Shown: piece by piece, positions 30,057 through 39,232 of the stretch
Position numbering within the stretch: position 1 is the stretch's first letter
Layout of the letters: each line of letters begins with the position of its first letter
Assembly: GCA_964401995.1 (NCBI GenBank)
Contig: CAYOAP010000001.1
Span: 160,592 to 224,591, forward strand
DNA: 64,000 bases
Origin: an uncultured Conexibacteraceae bacterium
GTDB taxonomy: Bacteria > Actinomycetota > Thermoleophilia > Solirubrobacterales > 70-9
Reading direction: 5' to 3'
Position numbers and translations under genes: made by a program
Notes under the pieces: generated by a model
What the model saw: only the letters and a program-made list of their open reading frames with translations
Database searches by the model: none
Told to the model about the DNA's origin: nothing

Positions 30057-30184
30057 GCTGGCGGAGCTTCGGAGACGCTTGGAAGCTTCGAGGCGCTCGG
30101 GGCTTCCGGCGCTGGCGGCTCTTAGCGGCTTCGGGGTCTTCGAGACGCTTCGAAGCTTCTGCGTCCAGTCGGGCTCGCTGCTCG
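30057..30184. repeat. Spacer between inverted repeat copies, with two GAGACGCTT-S-GAAGCTTC units
   Basis: GAGACGCTTGGAAGCTTCGAG (about 30072-30092) and GAGACGCTTCGAAGCTTCTGCG (about 30142-30163). GCTGGCGG occurs at about 30057 and 30111. GAAGCTTCGA can pair with TCGAAGCTTC. Confidence 0.6.
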
Positions 30185-30328
30185 CGTGGGTGGCGTCGGG
30201 ATGGGGCGGACTCGCCGGCCCGAAGGCTGTGGAGGGCAAGATTGCAACCCTGCAGGGCGCGGTGTCCCTCCGCCCGGAGCAGCGCGAAAGGGCCGCCGAG
30301 GGTGCCCCATCCCGGCGACAGGCCCCGC
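30185..30328 (-). repeat. Structured intergenic repeat, copy C (diverged core, inverted orientation)
   Basis: The reverse complement aligns block by block with copies A and B: GCGGGGCCTGTCGCCGGGATGGGG.., CTGCTCCGGGCGGAGGG, CTTGCCCTCCACAG, CCCCATCCCGACGCCACCC. It has its own perfect 10-bp closing helix (30198-30207 / 30304-30313). Confidence 0.75.
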
Positions 30329-30370
30329 GCGCCCAGCGCCCCGCGCTTATGCCAAGGCTATGGTTGGCCC

Positions 30371-31441
30371 GTGATCGAGAAACTCGTTGAGCAGGTGGAA
30401 GCGCGGTTCGCTGACCTTGAGGGGCAGATGTCTGACCCTGCAGTGATCGGCGACAGAGAACGCTATGCCGAAGTTGGGCGTGAGTACCGGGAACTGCAGG
30501 CTGCACACGAGTTGGCCGGCGAGTGGCGGACGCTTAAAGACGATCTTGAAGGAGCGCGGGAGCTTCTTGAGGAAGGCGAGGACTCCGAGCTGCGCAAGGT
30601 CGTTGACGATGCGCCTGCTCGGTTGGAGGAGCTGACTGAGGAGATTCGGTTGGCGATGGTCGAGCGCGATCCGAACGACTCCAAAAACGTGCTGGTCGAG
30701 ATCCGGGCTGGGACCGGGGGGGACGAGGCGGCGCTGTTTGCCGGCGACCTCTACAAAATGCTGACTCGGTATGCCGAGGAGCGTGGCTTCTCGACCGAGG
30801 TGCTGTCGCAGTCGGCGGCCGAGGTCGGCGGCTTCAAGGAGGTCACCTTCGCGGTCAAGGGCGAGGGCGCCTACTCCGTCTTCAAGTACGAGGGTGGGAC
30901 GCACCGGGTGCAGCGGGTGCCGGAGACCGAGTCCCAGGGCCGCATCCACACCTCGACCGCGACGATCGCGGTGCTGCCGGAGGCCGAGGACGTCGAGATC
31001 GAAATCAACCAGGGCGATCTGCAGATCGACGTCTACCGCTCCTCGGGCCCGGGTGGGCAGTCGGTCAACACGACCGACTCAGCGGTTCGGATCACCCACA
31101 AACCGAGCGGGATCGTGGTCTCGATGCAGGACGAGAAGTCCCAGCTTCAGAACAAGGACAAGGCGATGCGGGTGCTGCGGGCGCGGCTCTACGAGCGCGA
31201 GCTGGCCGAACAGCAGGCGAAGATCGCCTCCGAGCGCAAGGCCCAGGTCGGCACCGGCGAGCGCAGCGAGAAGGTCCGCACCTACAACTTCCCCCAGGGC
31301 CGCGTCACCGACCACCGGATCAAGCACACCTCGCACAACCTCGACGGGGTGCTGGCTGGCGCCCTGAACGAGTTCACCGATGCGCTCGCCGCCGAGGAGA
31401 AGCGGCAGCGCCTGGAGACCGCGGCAGCCGCTCCGGTCTGA
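30371..31441 (+). CDS. prfA: Peptide chain release factor 1
   Basis: GTG start inside track ORF 29867-31441 (VIEKLVEQVEARFADLEGQM). PET codon-recognition tripeptide and GPGGQSVNTT (GGQ) motif. Confidence 0.95.
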   Translation: MIEKLVEQVEARFADLEGQMSDPAVIGDRERYAEVGREYRELQAAHELAGEWRTLKDDLEGARELLEEGEDSELRKVVDDAPARLEELTEEIRLAMVERDPNDSKNVLVEIRAGTGGDEAALFAGDLYKMLTRYAEERGFSTEVLSQSAAEVGGFKEVTFAVKGEGAYSVFKYEGGTHRVQRVPETESQGRIHTSTATIAVLPEAEDVEIEINQGDLQIDVYRSSGPGGQSVNTTDSAVRITHKPSGIVVSMQDEKSQLQNKDKAMRVLRARLYERELAEQQAKIASERKAQVGTGERSEKVRTYNFPQGRVTDHRIKHTSHNLDGVLAGALNEFTDALAAEEKRQRLETAAAAPV

Positions 31442-31444
31442 GCG

Positions 31445-32254
31445 GTGGGAAGCGTTCGCGAAGCGCTGGCGTCGGCCGGGGATGCCCTGGCGGCGATCGG
31501 CGTCGAAGACCCTCGGCTCGACGCCGAAGTGCTGCTGGCTGCAACCACAGGCTGGGACCGGGCGCGGCTGGCTGCCGACTCCACGGCCGAGATCCCGCCA
31601 TCCGCGGCGCGGGCCTTTGGCGAGGCGGTGCGACGGCGGCTGCGGCGCGAGCCGGTCGCCTACATCGTCGGCCGCAAAGGCTTCCGCCACATCGATCTCG
31701 CTGTCGACCGCAGGGTGCTCGTCCCCCGTCCGGAGACCGAGCTGCTGGTCGAGCTGGCGCTGGAGCGGGCCCCGCAGACGCTGCTGGACGTTGGCACCGG
31801 CTCGGGGGCGATCGCCCTCGCGGTCGCCGACGAGCTGCCGGGTTGCGAGGTGACGGCAATCGACACCTCGGCCGCCGCGCTCGAAGTCGCCCGGGCCAAC
31901 GCCGCTCGCCTCGGTTTGGCCGAGCGGGTCACCTTTCTCGACGGGACGGTTCCGGTCGAGGGCGCGTTCGACCTGACCCTGGCCAACCTTCCCTACATCG
32001 CCGAGCCGGACTGGCGCTCGCTGCAGCCCGAGGTGACCGAGTGGGAGCCGCGCGAGGCGCTGCTCGCCGGCGCCGACGGGCTCGACGCGATCCGGGTGGT
32101 GGTCCCGGCGGTCGGGCCGGGGACGTTGGCCCTGGAGATCGGGGAGGGGCAGGCGCCTGCCGTGGCCGCGATCCTCGAAGAGGCCGGCTTCGGCTCGATC
32201 GAGGCCCGTCCCGATCTGGCCGGGATCGAGCGGGTGGTGATCGGCTCGCGATGA
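31445..32254 (+). CDS. prmC: Release-factor glutamine N5-methyltransferase
   Basis: LDVGTGSGAIALAVA SAM-binding motif. Motif IV reads NLPY (31985-31996) where NPPY is expected. Conserved position after prfA. Confidence 0.85.
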   Translation: MGSVREALASAGDALAAIGVEDPRLDAEVLLAATTGWDRARLAADSTAEIPPSAARAFGEAVRRRLRREPVAYIVGRKGFRHIDLAVDRRVLVPRPETELLVELALERAPQTLLDVGTGSGAIALAVADELPGCEVTAIDTSAAALEVARANAARLGLAERVTFLDGTVPVEGAFDLTLANLPYIAEPDWRSLQPEVTEWEPREALLAGADGLDAIRVVVPAVGPGTLALEIGEGQAPAVAAILEEAGFGSIEARPDLAGIERVVIGSR

Positions 32255-32895
32255 CCGAGATCGTCTCGATCGAGCGCGATGGCGAGGCGGCGGCGCGCTC
32301 GGCCCTGGACCGCTGCGTCGCCGCCGGGGGCGTCGTCGTCTATCCGGCTGACGGGCTCTACGGGCTCGCCTGCGACCCGCTCGACGCCGCCGCGATCAAG
32401 CGCATCCACGAGATCAAGGGCCGCGACGACGGCAAGCCCTCCGCCGTCCTCTACTTCTCGCCGCTGGCGATGCGGGAGCTGGTCCAGGGCCTCGGCCCGC
32501 GCACGCGTGAGGCGGTCGCGGCGCTGCTGCCGGGCCCGGTCACCCTCGTCGTCGCCAACCCCGGCCATCGCTACCCGCTGGCCTGTCGCGAGGACGTCGA
32601 GCGGCTCGGCGTCCGCCTCCTCGCCGGCCCCCTGGCCGGGGCGATGTGCCCGATCTTTCAGACCTCGGCCAATGTCAGCGGCGAGCCCGCGCCCTCGAGC
32701 TTCGAGCAGGTTGCGGCCGAGGTGATCGCCGGCGCCGACCTGGCGATCGACGGCGGCAAGCTGACCGGGCTGCCCTCCACCGTCGTCGACATCACCACCA
32801 TCGACGAGGACGGCGGCTGGACGATCCTCCGCGAAGGCGGCCTCTCGGCCGGCGACCTAGCAGCCGCGATCGCCGTGGAAGGGGAGATGGGCTAA
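32251..32895 (+). CDS. tsaC: L-threonylcarbamoyladenylate synthase, short TsaC/YrdC form (Sua5/YciO/YrdC family)
   Basis: 214 aa. [25 protein letters not shown] and [12 protein letters not shown] overlap with the prmC stop. Confidence 0.8.
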   Translation: MTEIVSIERDGEAAARSALDRCVAAGGVVVYPADGLYGLACDPLDAAAIKRIHEIKGRDDGKPSAVLYFSPLAMRELVQGLGPRTREAVAALLPGPVTLVVANPGHRYPLACREDVERLGVRLLAGPLAGAMCPIFQTSANVSGEPAPSSFEQVAAEVIAGADLAIDGGKLTGLPSTVVDITTIDEDGGWTILREGGLSAGDLAAAIAVEGEMG

Positions 32896-32957
32896 GGAGC
32901 TGCCATCGGGTTTCAGACACGTCGCTTCATGTCGCCAGGCTATCCCGATCCGTTGCT

Positions 32958-34253
32958 ATGGTCGCTCGCTTGATGAGCGAGCTTCCCGAGAACTTCCAGA
33001 CCGCGCCGCTGGCCGAGGTCGATCCCGCGATTGCCGCGGTCCTCGACGGCGAGCTCAGGCGCCAGCAGCGGACGCTGGAGATGATCGCCTCGGAGAACTT
33101 CGTGCCGCAGGCGGTGCTCGACGCGGTTGGCTCGGTCCTGACCAACAAGTACGCCGAGGGCTACCCCGGCCGCCGCTACTACGGCGGCTGCGAGGAGGTC
33201 GACATTGCCGAGCAGCTGGCGATCGACCGTGCCAAGGAGCTGTTCGGCGCCGAGCACGCCAACGTCCAGGCCCACGCCGGCGCCCAGGCCAACAACGCCG
33301 CCTACATGGCGCTGATCGAGCCCGGCGACACGATCATGGGGATGGCGCTCGACCACGGCGGCCATCTCAGCCACGGGATGAAAATCAACGTCTCCGGCAA
33401 GCTCTACAACGTCGTCGCCTACCACGTCAGCCGCGACGACCTGCGGGTCGACATGGACGAGGTGGCGCGCCTTGCGGCTGAGCACCAGCCGAAGCTGATC
33501 GTCGCCGGCTGGTCGGCCTATCCGCGCCAGCTCGACTTCGCCGCCTTCCGCGAGATCGCCGACTCGGTCGGGGCCAAGCTGATGGTCGATATGGCCCATT
33601 TCGCCGGCCTGGTCGCCGCTGGCGAGCACCCCAACCCGGTCGAGCACGCCGACGTCGTCACGACGACGATCCACAAGACTCTCTGCGGCCCGCGCAGCGG
33701 CATGATCCTGAGCCGCGCCGAGCACGCCAAAGCGGTTGACAAAGCGGTTTTCCCCGGCCAGCAGGGCGGGCCGCTGATGCACACGATCGCCGCCAAGGCG
33801 GTGGCGATGAAGATCGCCGCATCGGAGCCTTTCCGTGCTCGCCAGCGGCAGACGATCGCCAACGCCCAGGCCTTTGCCGCGGGCCTGGAAGCGAACGGCA
33901 TCCCCGTCCTCACCGGCGGCACCGACGTCCACCTGGTCCTGGTGGACCTGACCCCGACCGGGCTCGACGGCCAGACCGCGGAGGACCGGCTCGAGGCGGT
34001 CGGCATCACCGTCAACCGCAACGCGATCCCGTTCGATCCCCGGCCGCCGATGAACCCGTCGGGCCTGCGGATCGGGACGCCGGCGCTGACCACCCGCGGC
34101 ATGGTCGCGGAGGACATGACCGAGATCGCCGAGGTGATCGCGGTCGCCCTCTCCGACGACTTCGAGTCCGAGAAGTCATCGCTCGCCGAGCGCACCGAGG
34201 CGCTGATGGACCGCTACCCGCTCTATCCGCAGCTCTCGCCCGCTTCCGTCTGA
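32958..34253 (+). CDS. glyA: Serine hydroxymethyltransferase
   Basis: [22 protein letters not shown] and [16 protein letters not shown] (PLP Lys). The start may instead be ATG 32973. Confidence 0.95.
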   Translation: MVARLMSELPENFQTAPLAEVDPAIAAVLDGELRRQQRTLEMIASENFVPQAVLDAVGSVLTNKYAEGYPGRRYYGGCEEVDIAEQLAIDRAKELFGAEHANVQAHAGAQANNAAYMALIEPGDTIMGMALDHGGHLSHGMKINVSGKLYNVVAYHVSRDDLRVDMDEVARLAAEHQPKLIVAGWSAYPRQLDFAAFREIADSVGAKLMVDMAHFAGLVAAGEHPNPVEHADVVTTTIHKTLCGPRSGMILSRAEHAKAVDKAVFPGQQGGPLMHTIAAKAVAMKIAASEPFRARQRQTIANAQAFAAGLEANGIPVLTGGTDVHLVLVDLTPTGLDGQTAEDRLEAVGITVNRNAIPFDPRPPMNPSGLRIGTPALTTRGMVAEDMTEIAEVIAVALSDDFESEKSSLAERTEALMDRYPLYPQLSPASV

Positions 34254-34257
34254 GCGC

Positions 34258-35274
34258 TTGAAGGTCTGGGTCGACTGCACGGCGGCGGCGCACCCGCTCG
34301 TCCTGCGGCCGATCATTGAGCGGCTGGAAGCTCGGGGCGACGAGGTCTTCGTCACCGCCCGCGACTACGGGCAGACGCTGGGAATCCTCGATCGCCTTGG
34401 CATCGCCTACACCGCGGTCGGCGCCCACGGCGGCGCCTCGATGGTCCGCAAGGGCCTGGCAGTTGGCGGCCGCTCGGCCCAGCTGGCAAAGCTGGTCTGG
34501 AAGCAGCAGCCGCAGCTGGCAATTGCCCACGGCTCGGTCGACCTTGCCGTCGTCTCCTCGCTCTTCCGTATCGCCTCGGCCCAGCTGCAGGATTATGAGT
34601 TTGCTGGCCTGCAGCGCCAGATCAGCTTCCGGATCGCGAAGCGGGTGCTGGTCCCGGACACGATCCCGGTCGAGCGGATGCGGCGGATCGGGGCGAAGGA
34701 GAAGAAGCTGGTCCGCTATCCGGGGTTGAAGGAGGAGTACTACCTGGCCGACTTCGAGCCCGATGCCGCCGTCCTTGACGAGCTGGGGCTGGACCGGGAG
34801 AAGGTGCTGGTCGTCGTCCGCCCGCCGCCCGAGACCTCCGAGTACCACGCCCGCAACGACCTCTACGAGGCGACGATCCGCCGCCTGGCTGGAGCAGAAG
34901 AGGTCCAGGCCGTCGTCATTCCCCGCACCGAGCCCCAGGGCGCGGCGGTGCGGGCGATGAACGCCGCCAACCTGATCGTCCCCGAGCGCGCGATAGACGC
35001 CCAGAGCCTGATCGCCTACGCCGATCTCGTCGTCAGCGCCGGCGGCACGATGAATCGCGAGGCCGTCGCCCTCGGCACGCCGGTTTTCACCACCTTCACC
35101 GGGCGCATGGGCGGGGTCGACGAGGCCCTGATCGCTGAAGGCCGCCTCAGCGTCCTTGCCGATCCGGCCGAGCTGCAGCTGCGTAAGCGCGAGGCCCCCG
35201 CCGGGGTGCGCGAGCGGCGCGATCCGGAGCTGCTGGTCGAGGGCTGCCTCGGCGCTGTCGAGAGCGTCGAGTAG
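34258..35274 (+). CDS. DUF354-family protein (GT-B-like fold)
   Basis: 338 aa. MKVWVDCTAAAHPLVLRPIIERLEARGDEVFVTARDY..SAGGTMNREAVALGTPV is typical of DUF354. TTG start. Confidence 0.65.
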   Translation: MKVWVDCTAAAHPLVLRPIIERLEARGDEVFVTARDYGQTLGILDRLGIAYTAVGAHGGASMVRKGLAVGGRSAQLAKLVWKQQPQLAIAHGSVDLAVVSSLFRIASAQLQDYEFAGLQRQISFRIAKRVLVPDTIPVERMRRIGAKEKKLVRYPGLKEEYYLADFEPDAAVLDELGLDREKVLVVVRPPPETSEYHARNDLYEATIRRLAGAEEVQAVVIPRTEPQGAAVRAMNAANLIVPERAIDAQSLIAYADLVVSAGGTMNREAVALGTPVFTTFTGRMGGVDEALIAEGRLSVLADPAELQLRKREAPAGVRERRDPELLVEGCLGAVESVE

Positions 35275-35312
35275 CCTGACCAGCGCCCGTTCCCCGTCCC
35301 GGGCCCTGCGAA

Positions 35313-36431
35313 ATGGCCGCGACCACAGACGCCGTCCTCGCCTTTCTCGTAGCCGCCTCGATTGCCTGGCTGCTGGTTCCCTACGCCGAGCGCCTGGCCT
35401 ACCGGATCGGCGCGATCGACCAGCCGAAGGAGCGTGGCCTGCACGACAAGCCGATGCCGCGGCTCTCCGGGCTGGCGATCTTCGCCGGGATCGAGGTCGC
35501 CGGCTGGATCTGGCTGCCCTCCGATGGCGAGAGCCGCTCGATCCTGATCGGGGCGGCGGCGATCGCCGCCGTCGGCGTCATCGACGACGTCCGCGGCCTG
35601 CCGGCTCTGCCGAAGCTGCTGGGCCAGATCGGCGCCGCCCTGATCCCGGTGCTGGACGGGGTCAGGGTCGACAACCTCACCCTTCCCTTCGTCGGCGGCT
35701 TCGAACTCGGCTGGCTCGCCTATCCGCTCAGCGTGATCGGGATCGTCGCCGTCGTCAACGTGATCAACTTCATCGACGGGGTCGACGGGCTCGCCGCCGG
35801 GGTCTGCACGATCGCCGCGATCACCCTGGCGGCGATCGCGCTCTCGCTCGAACGCAACGCCGCCGGCGTGCTGGCGGCGCTGACCGCCGGCGCCGCCCTC
35901 GGCTTCCTCCGCCACGGCTTCCCGCCCGCCTCCAGCTTCATGGGCGACACCGGCTCCAACCTGCTCGGCTACCTGCTCGCCACCGCCTCGATCCAGGGGG
36001 CGCTGAAGACGAACGCTGTCGTCGCCCTCGCCTTCCCGCTGGTGATCCTCGCCGTGCCGATCCTCGACACCGGCTTCGTCGTCGCCAAGCGAGTCAAATA
36101 TCGGCAGCCGATCTACCAGGCCGACAGCTGGCATTTCCACCACCGGATGGCCAACATCGGCTTCTCGCAGCGGCGCACGCTGGCCTACCTCTACGGCTGG
36201 ACCCTGGCCCTCGCCGGCCTCGCCCTGGCCCTGCGCTTCGTCCCCTACAGCGACGACCACGGCCACTTCGACGCGCTCTGGACCGCGGTGATCGTTGCCT
36301 TCGGCCTGGTCGCGCTCGCCTCCAGCGTCTACTTGATCTACGTGCTGGAGATCCTCAAGCTGCGCCGCGGCCAGATCAACCCGGAGACCGGCGAGTTCGA
36401 AGCGATCCGGCCGCCCCAAGAGCCGGGGTAG
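35313..36431 (+). CDS. Polyprenyl-phosphate N-acetylhexosamine-1-phosphate transferase (WecA/Rfe, MraY-like Glycos_transf_4)
   Basis: About 11 TM segments. NVINFIDGVDGLAAG and FMGDTGSNLLGY motifs. Position upstream of the atp operon, as in actinobacteria. Confidence 0.85.
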   Translation: MAATTDAVLAFLVAASIAWLLVPYAERLAYRIGAIDQPKERGLHDKPMPRLSGLAIFAGIEVAGWIWLPSDGESRSILIGAAAIAAVGVIDDVRGLPALPKLLGQIGAALIPVLDGVRVDNLTLPFVGGFELGWLAYPLSVIGIVAVVNVINFIDGVDGLAAGVCTIAAITLAAIALSLERNAAGVLAALTAGAALGFLRHGFPPASSFMGDTGSNLLGYLLATASIQGALKTNAVVALAFPLVILAVPILDTGFVVAKRVKYRQPIYQADSWHFHHRMANIGFSQRRTLAYLYGWTLALAGLALALRFVPYSDDHGHFDALWTAVIVAFGLVALASSVYLIYVLEILKLRRGQINPETGEFEAIRPPQEPG

Positions 36432-36526
36432 TGGCAAGACTCACGAACTGGCTCTGCAAAGCGGTTCCGTGGATCTTTCGGATATAGTCGCGCGTCCGCC
36501 CGCTCGGCCAGAGCCGGGCGACTTTT

Positions 36527-36901
36527 ATGTCTCCTCCCAAGTTCGTCGACCCACTGATGCTCATCGCCGCGCTCGCAGTCTTTCTGCTCGGAGGCTTCTC
36601 CATGCTCGGCTACGCGGTCGGGGCCGGCGCCTGGCTGATCCAGCGCGGCATCCAGGAGTTCGCCGCCCGCCGCTCAAAGCGTGAGCTGGCCGCCGGCAAC
36701 CGCCAGAAAGCGATGGGGATAGTCGCCGGCACGACCCTGGGCCGGGTCTGGCTGATGGCGACGGCGGTCCTGCTCGTCGGCCTCGCCCAGCGCGAGGCAG
36801 GGCTCTCCTCGGCGATCCTGCTGATGGTGATGTTCACGATTTCCTTCGCCGCCGCCGGCATCGCCCACCTGTTCGAGCCGGAAGGGCAAAGGGCGCGATG
36901 A
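36527..36901 (+). CDS. AtpI-like small membrane protein preceding atpB
   Basis: 124 aa with 3-4 hydrophobic segments. Its stop overlaps the atpB ATG (ATGA). The assignment rests on position only. Confidence 0.5.
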   Translation: MSPPKFVDPLMLIAALAVFLLGGFSMLGYAVGAGAWLIQRGIQEFAARRSKRELAAGNRQKAMGIVAGTTLGRVWLMATAVLLVGLAQREAGLSSAILLMVMFTISFAAAGIAHLFEPEGQRAR

Positions 36902-37806
36902 AGACGCGGACCAAAGTCCTGATCGGGCTGGGCATCTACCTGGCGATCGCGATCGCGCTGCTGCTGATCTTTGGAAATGCTGGCAAGAACGAAGCCTTCA
37001 AGCCGCAGAACGAGTTCAAGCTTGAACCGTGGGTCTCGATCCACCTCGGCAGCCTCGATCTCAGCATCAACAAGGCGGTGCTCTACCTGGCCCTTGCCAG
37101 CGGCCTGACGATCTTCACGATGGTCTGGATCTCGCGGCGGATGGCGCAGAAGCCGAACCGCGTGCAGACGGCGATCGAGGTCTCCTACGACCTGACAAAA
37201 GACCGGATCACCGGCGGCAGCCTCGACGGCAAGATCGCCAGCCGCTGGTTCCCCTTCCTCGCCGCGCTCTTCTTCTGGATCTGGTTCTCGAACATGATCG
37301 GCTTCCTGCCGTTGCCGACCAACACCGAGCACACCTTCACCATCTTCGGCGTCGAAATCCCCTCCTTCGCGATCTACGCGGCGACGGCGAACATCTCGAT
37401 CCCGCTGGTCCTCACCCTCGTCGTCTGGATGTCGTACCACGTCGAAGGGATCCGGGCCAAGGGCTTCATCCCCTACTTCGCCAGCTGGCTGCCCCCGGGC
37501 CTGGAGTCGATGAGCCCGTTCGGCAAGGCCGCGATCTTCATGATCGAGGTGATCTCGCACTTCGTGCGGCTGATCTCGCTCTCCGTCCGTCTCTTCGCCA
37601 ACATCCTCGCCGGCCACCTGCTGTTGCTCTTCATGGGTGGCGGGCTTGCCGTTCTGCTCGGTATCGCGGCCCTCGGGGCACTCACGTTCCCGCTGGCCTT
37701 CGCGTTCTTCATCTTCGAGGTGGGCCTGGTCGCGACGCTTCAGGCGTTTATCTTCTCGACCCTCACCGCGATCTACATCGGCGGAGCCACCTCCGCAAGC
37801 CACTAG
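36898..37806 (+). CDS. atpB: F-type ATP synthase subunit a
   Basis: 302 aa. ISLSVRLFANILAGHLLL contains the essential Arg. Confidence 0.95.
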   Translation: MKTRTKVLIGLGIYLAIAIALLLIFGNAGKNEAFKPQNEFKLEPWVSIHLGSLDLSINKAVLYLALASGLTIFTMVWISRRMAQKPNRVQTAIEVSYDLTKDRITGGSLDGKIASRWFPFLAALFFWIWFSNMIGFLPLPTNTEHTFTIFGVEIPSFAIYAATANISIPLVLTLVVWMSYHVEGIRAKGFIPYFASWLPPGLESMSPFGKAAIFMIEVISHFVRLISLSVRLFANILAGHLLLLFMGGGLAVLLGIAALGALTFPLAFAFFIFEVGLVATLQAFIFSTLTAIYIGGATSASH

Positions 37807-37828
37807 ATAAAGGAGCACTGTTCTCACC

Positions 37829-38098
37829 ATGGATCTGACCCCCCTCGCCGCGGCTGGTGCCGAAGAAGGCATCAAGAGCGCCGGCAAAGCGATCGCCCTC
37901 GGTGTCGGCGCCGGCCTCGGCTCGATTGGCGCCGGTATCGGCGTCGGCTTCATCTTCGGCAAGGAGATCGAGTCGGTCGCCCGCCAGCCCGAGATGAAAA
38001 GTGAGCTGGAAAGCATCCGCTGGCTCGGCTTCGCGCTGACTGAGGCGGTCGCCTTCTACACGTTCATCTTCGGCCTCATCGCCTTCTTCCTCTCTTAG
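37829..38098 (+). CDS. atpE: F-type ATP synthase subunit c
   Basis: 89 aa hairpin protein. GAGIGVGFIFG and the ion-binding Glu in FALTEAVAF. Confidence 0.95.
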   Translation: MDLTPLAAAGAEEGIKSAGKAIALGVGAGLGSIGAGIGVGFIFGKEIESVARQPEMKSELESIRWLGFALTEAVAFYTFIFGLIAFFLS

Positions 38099-38102
38099 GC
38101 AG

Positions 38103-38681
38103 ATGGCATTGCTGGGCTATATAGCCGCAGTACCGGTTGCCGCTGAGGAAAGCGGGGGCAGCTTCCTGGTCTCACCGGGCCTTGGCCTAATGATCTGGAC
38201 GCTGGTCCTCTTCCTGCTGACGATGTGGGTGCTGAGCAAGGTCGCCTTCCCGAAGATCCAGGAGGCGCTCGACAAACGCGCCAAAACGATCAGCGAGTCG
38301 ATCGACGCCGCCGTGCGCCAGCGCAAGGAATCCGACGAACTGCTCGAGGAGTACCGCGGCCGGCTGGCCGAGGCGCGTGAGCAGGCCGACGACATCATGG
38401 CCCGCGCTCGCAAGGCGGCGGAGACCGCCACCGCCGAGGCGACCACGGCCGGCAAGGAGAAACGCGAGGAGCTGGTCTCAGCCGCCAAGCGCGACATCGA
38501 AGCCGAGACCCGTCGCTCGCTGCAGCAGATCCGCAAGGAGGTCGCTGACCTCACGGTGCTGGCGACCGAGAAGGTCACCCGCAAGTCGCTGAACGCGGAG
38601 GATCAGAAACGGCTGGTCGAGGACGCCCTCAGCGAGGTCGACTTCTCGGCCCTCTCCGGCGCGGAGGAGTCGAGGAACTGA
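38103..38681 (+). CDS. atpF: F-type ATP synthase subunit b
   Basis: 192 aa with a single N-terminal TM followed by a long charged helical region. Operon position. Confidence 0.9.
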   Translation: MALLGYIAAVPVAAEESGGSFLVSPGLGLMIWTLVLFLLTMWVLSKVAFPKIQEALDKRAKTISESIDAAVRQRKESDELLEEYRGRLAEAREQADDIMARARKAAETATAEATTAGKEKREELVSAAKRDIEAETRRSLQQIRKEVADLTVLATEKVTRKSLNAEDQKRLVEDALSEVDFSALSGAEESRN

Positions 38682-39214
38682 TGGACGAGGCAGCTCGCGT
38701 ATATGCGGAGGCGTTGTTCGACGTCGCCAAGCAGAAGGGCAAGCTCGACGCGATCAGCGACGAGCTGGCGGGGTTCGCCGACGCCCTCGACTCCGATCGC
38801 GAGCTGCAGGTCTTCTTCTTCAGCCCCTACTTCTCCTCGGCCGAGAAGGCCGACGGCCTGAAGCGGGCGATCAGCGGGGCCGACGACGAGTTCATCAACT
38901 TCCTCGAGCTCTTGATCGAGAAGCAGCGGATGCCGGAGATCTTCCGGATTCGGCGCCAGTTTGAGGAGATGTGGAAAAAGGAGAACCGCCGCATCGACGT
39001 GACCGTGACCAGCGCCGTCGAGCTGGACCCCTCTGTCGTGGGGAAGATCGGCGAGGAGATCGAGCGCCAGACCGGCAAGAAGGTCGAGCTGGCGAGCCGT
39101 GTCGACGAGGAGATCCTCGGCGGCGTCGTGCTGCAGGTCGGAAACATGGTCCTCGACGCGAGCATCCGCAGTCGCTTGGAGAAACTTCGAAAGAGCGTCG
39201 CCCAGGCGGCGTAA
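38681..39214 (+). CDS. atpH: F-type ATP synthase subunit delta (OSCP)
   Basis: 177 aa. RVYAEALFDVA N-terminus and C-terminal GGVVLQVGNMVLDASIRSRLEKL. Confidence 0.9.
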   Translation: MDEAARVYAEALFDVAKQKGKLDAISDELAGFADALDSDRELQVFFFSPYFSSAEKADGLKRAISGADDEFINFLELLIEKQRMPEIFRIRRQFEEMWKKENRRIDVTVTSAVELDPSVVGKIGEEIERQTGKKVELASRVDEEILGGVVLQVGNMVLDASIRSRLEKLRKSVAQAA

Positions 39215-39232
39215 GGAGGCATAGAGCACCTA

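Noticed and set aside
29856-30125. Track ORFs across the repeat copies (29856-30125, 29863-30048, 56288-56548, 56326-56565) that share short peptide stretches such as PNCI(N/K)FPTCQ and LAC.AICSGRR.
   Set aside because: The shared peptides only reflect the DNA repeat. Single-nucleotide indels between copies A and B switch the frame mid-element, so no single frame is conserved. The substitutions are paired across helices rather than synonymous.
32896-32957. glyA leader checked for a ZTP(pfl)/THF-type riboswitch. The 24-nt leader of the mutase gene (14623-14646) was checked for a cobalamin riboswitch.
   Set aside because: Both leaders are too short (62 nt and 24 nt), and neither contains the conserved cores I know for these classes.
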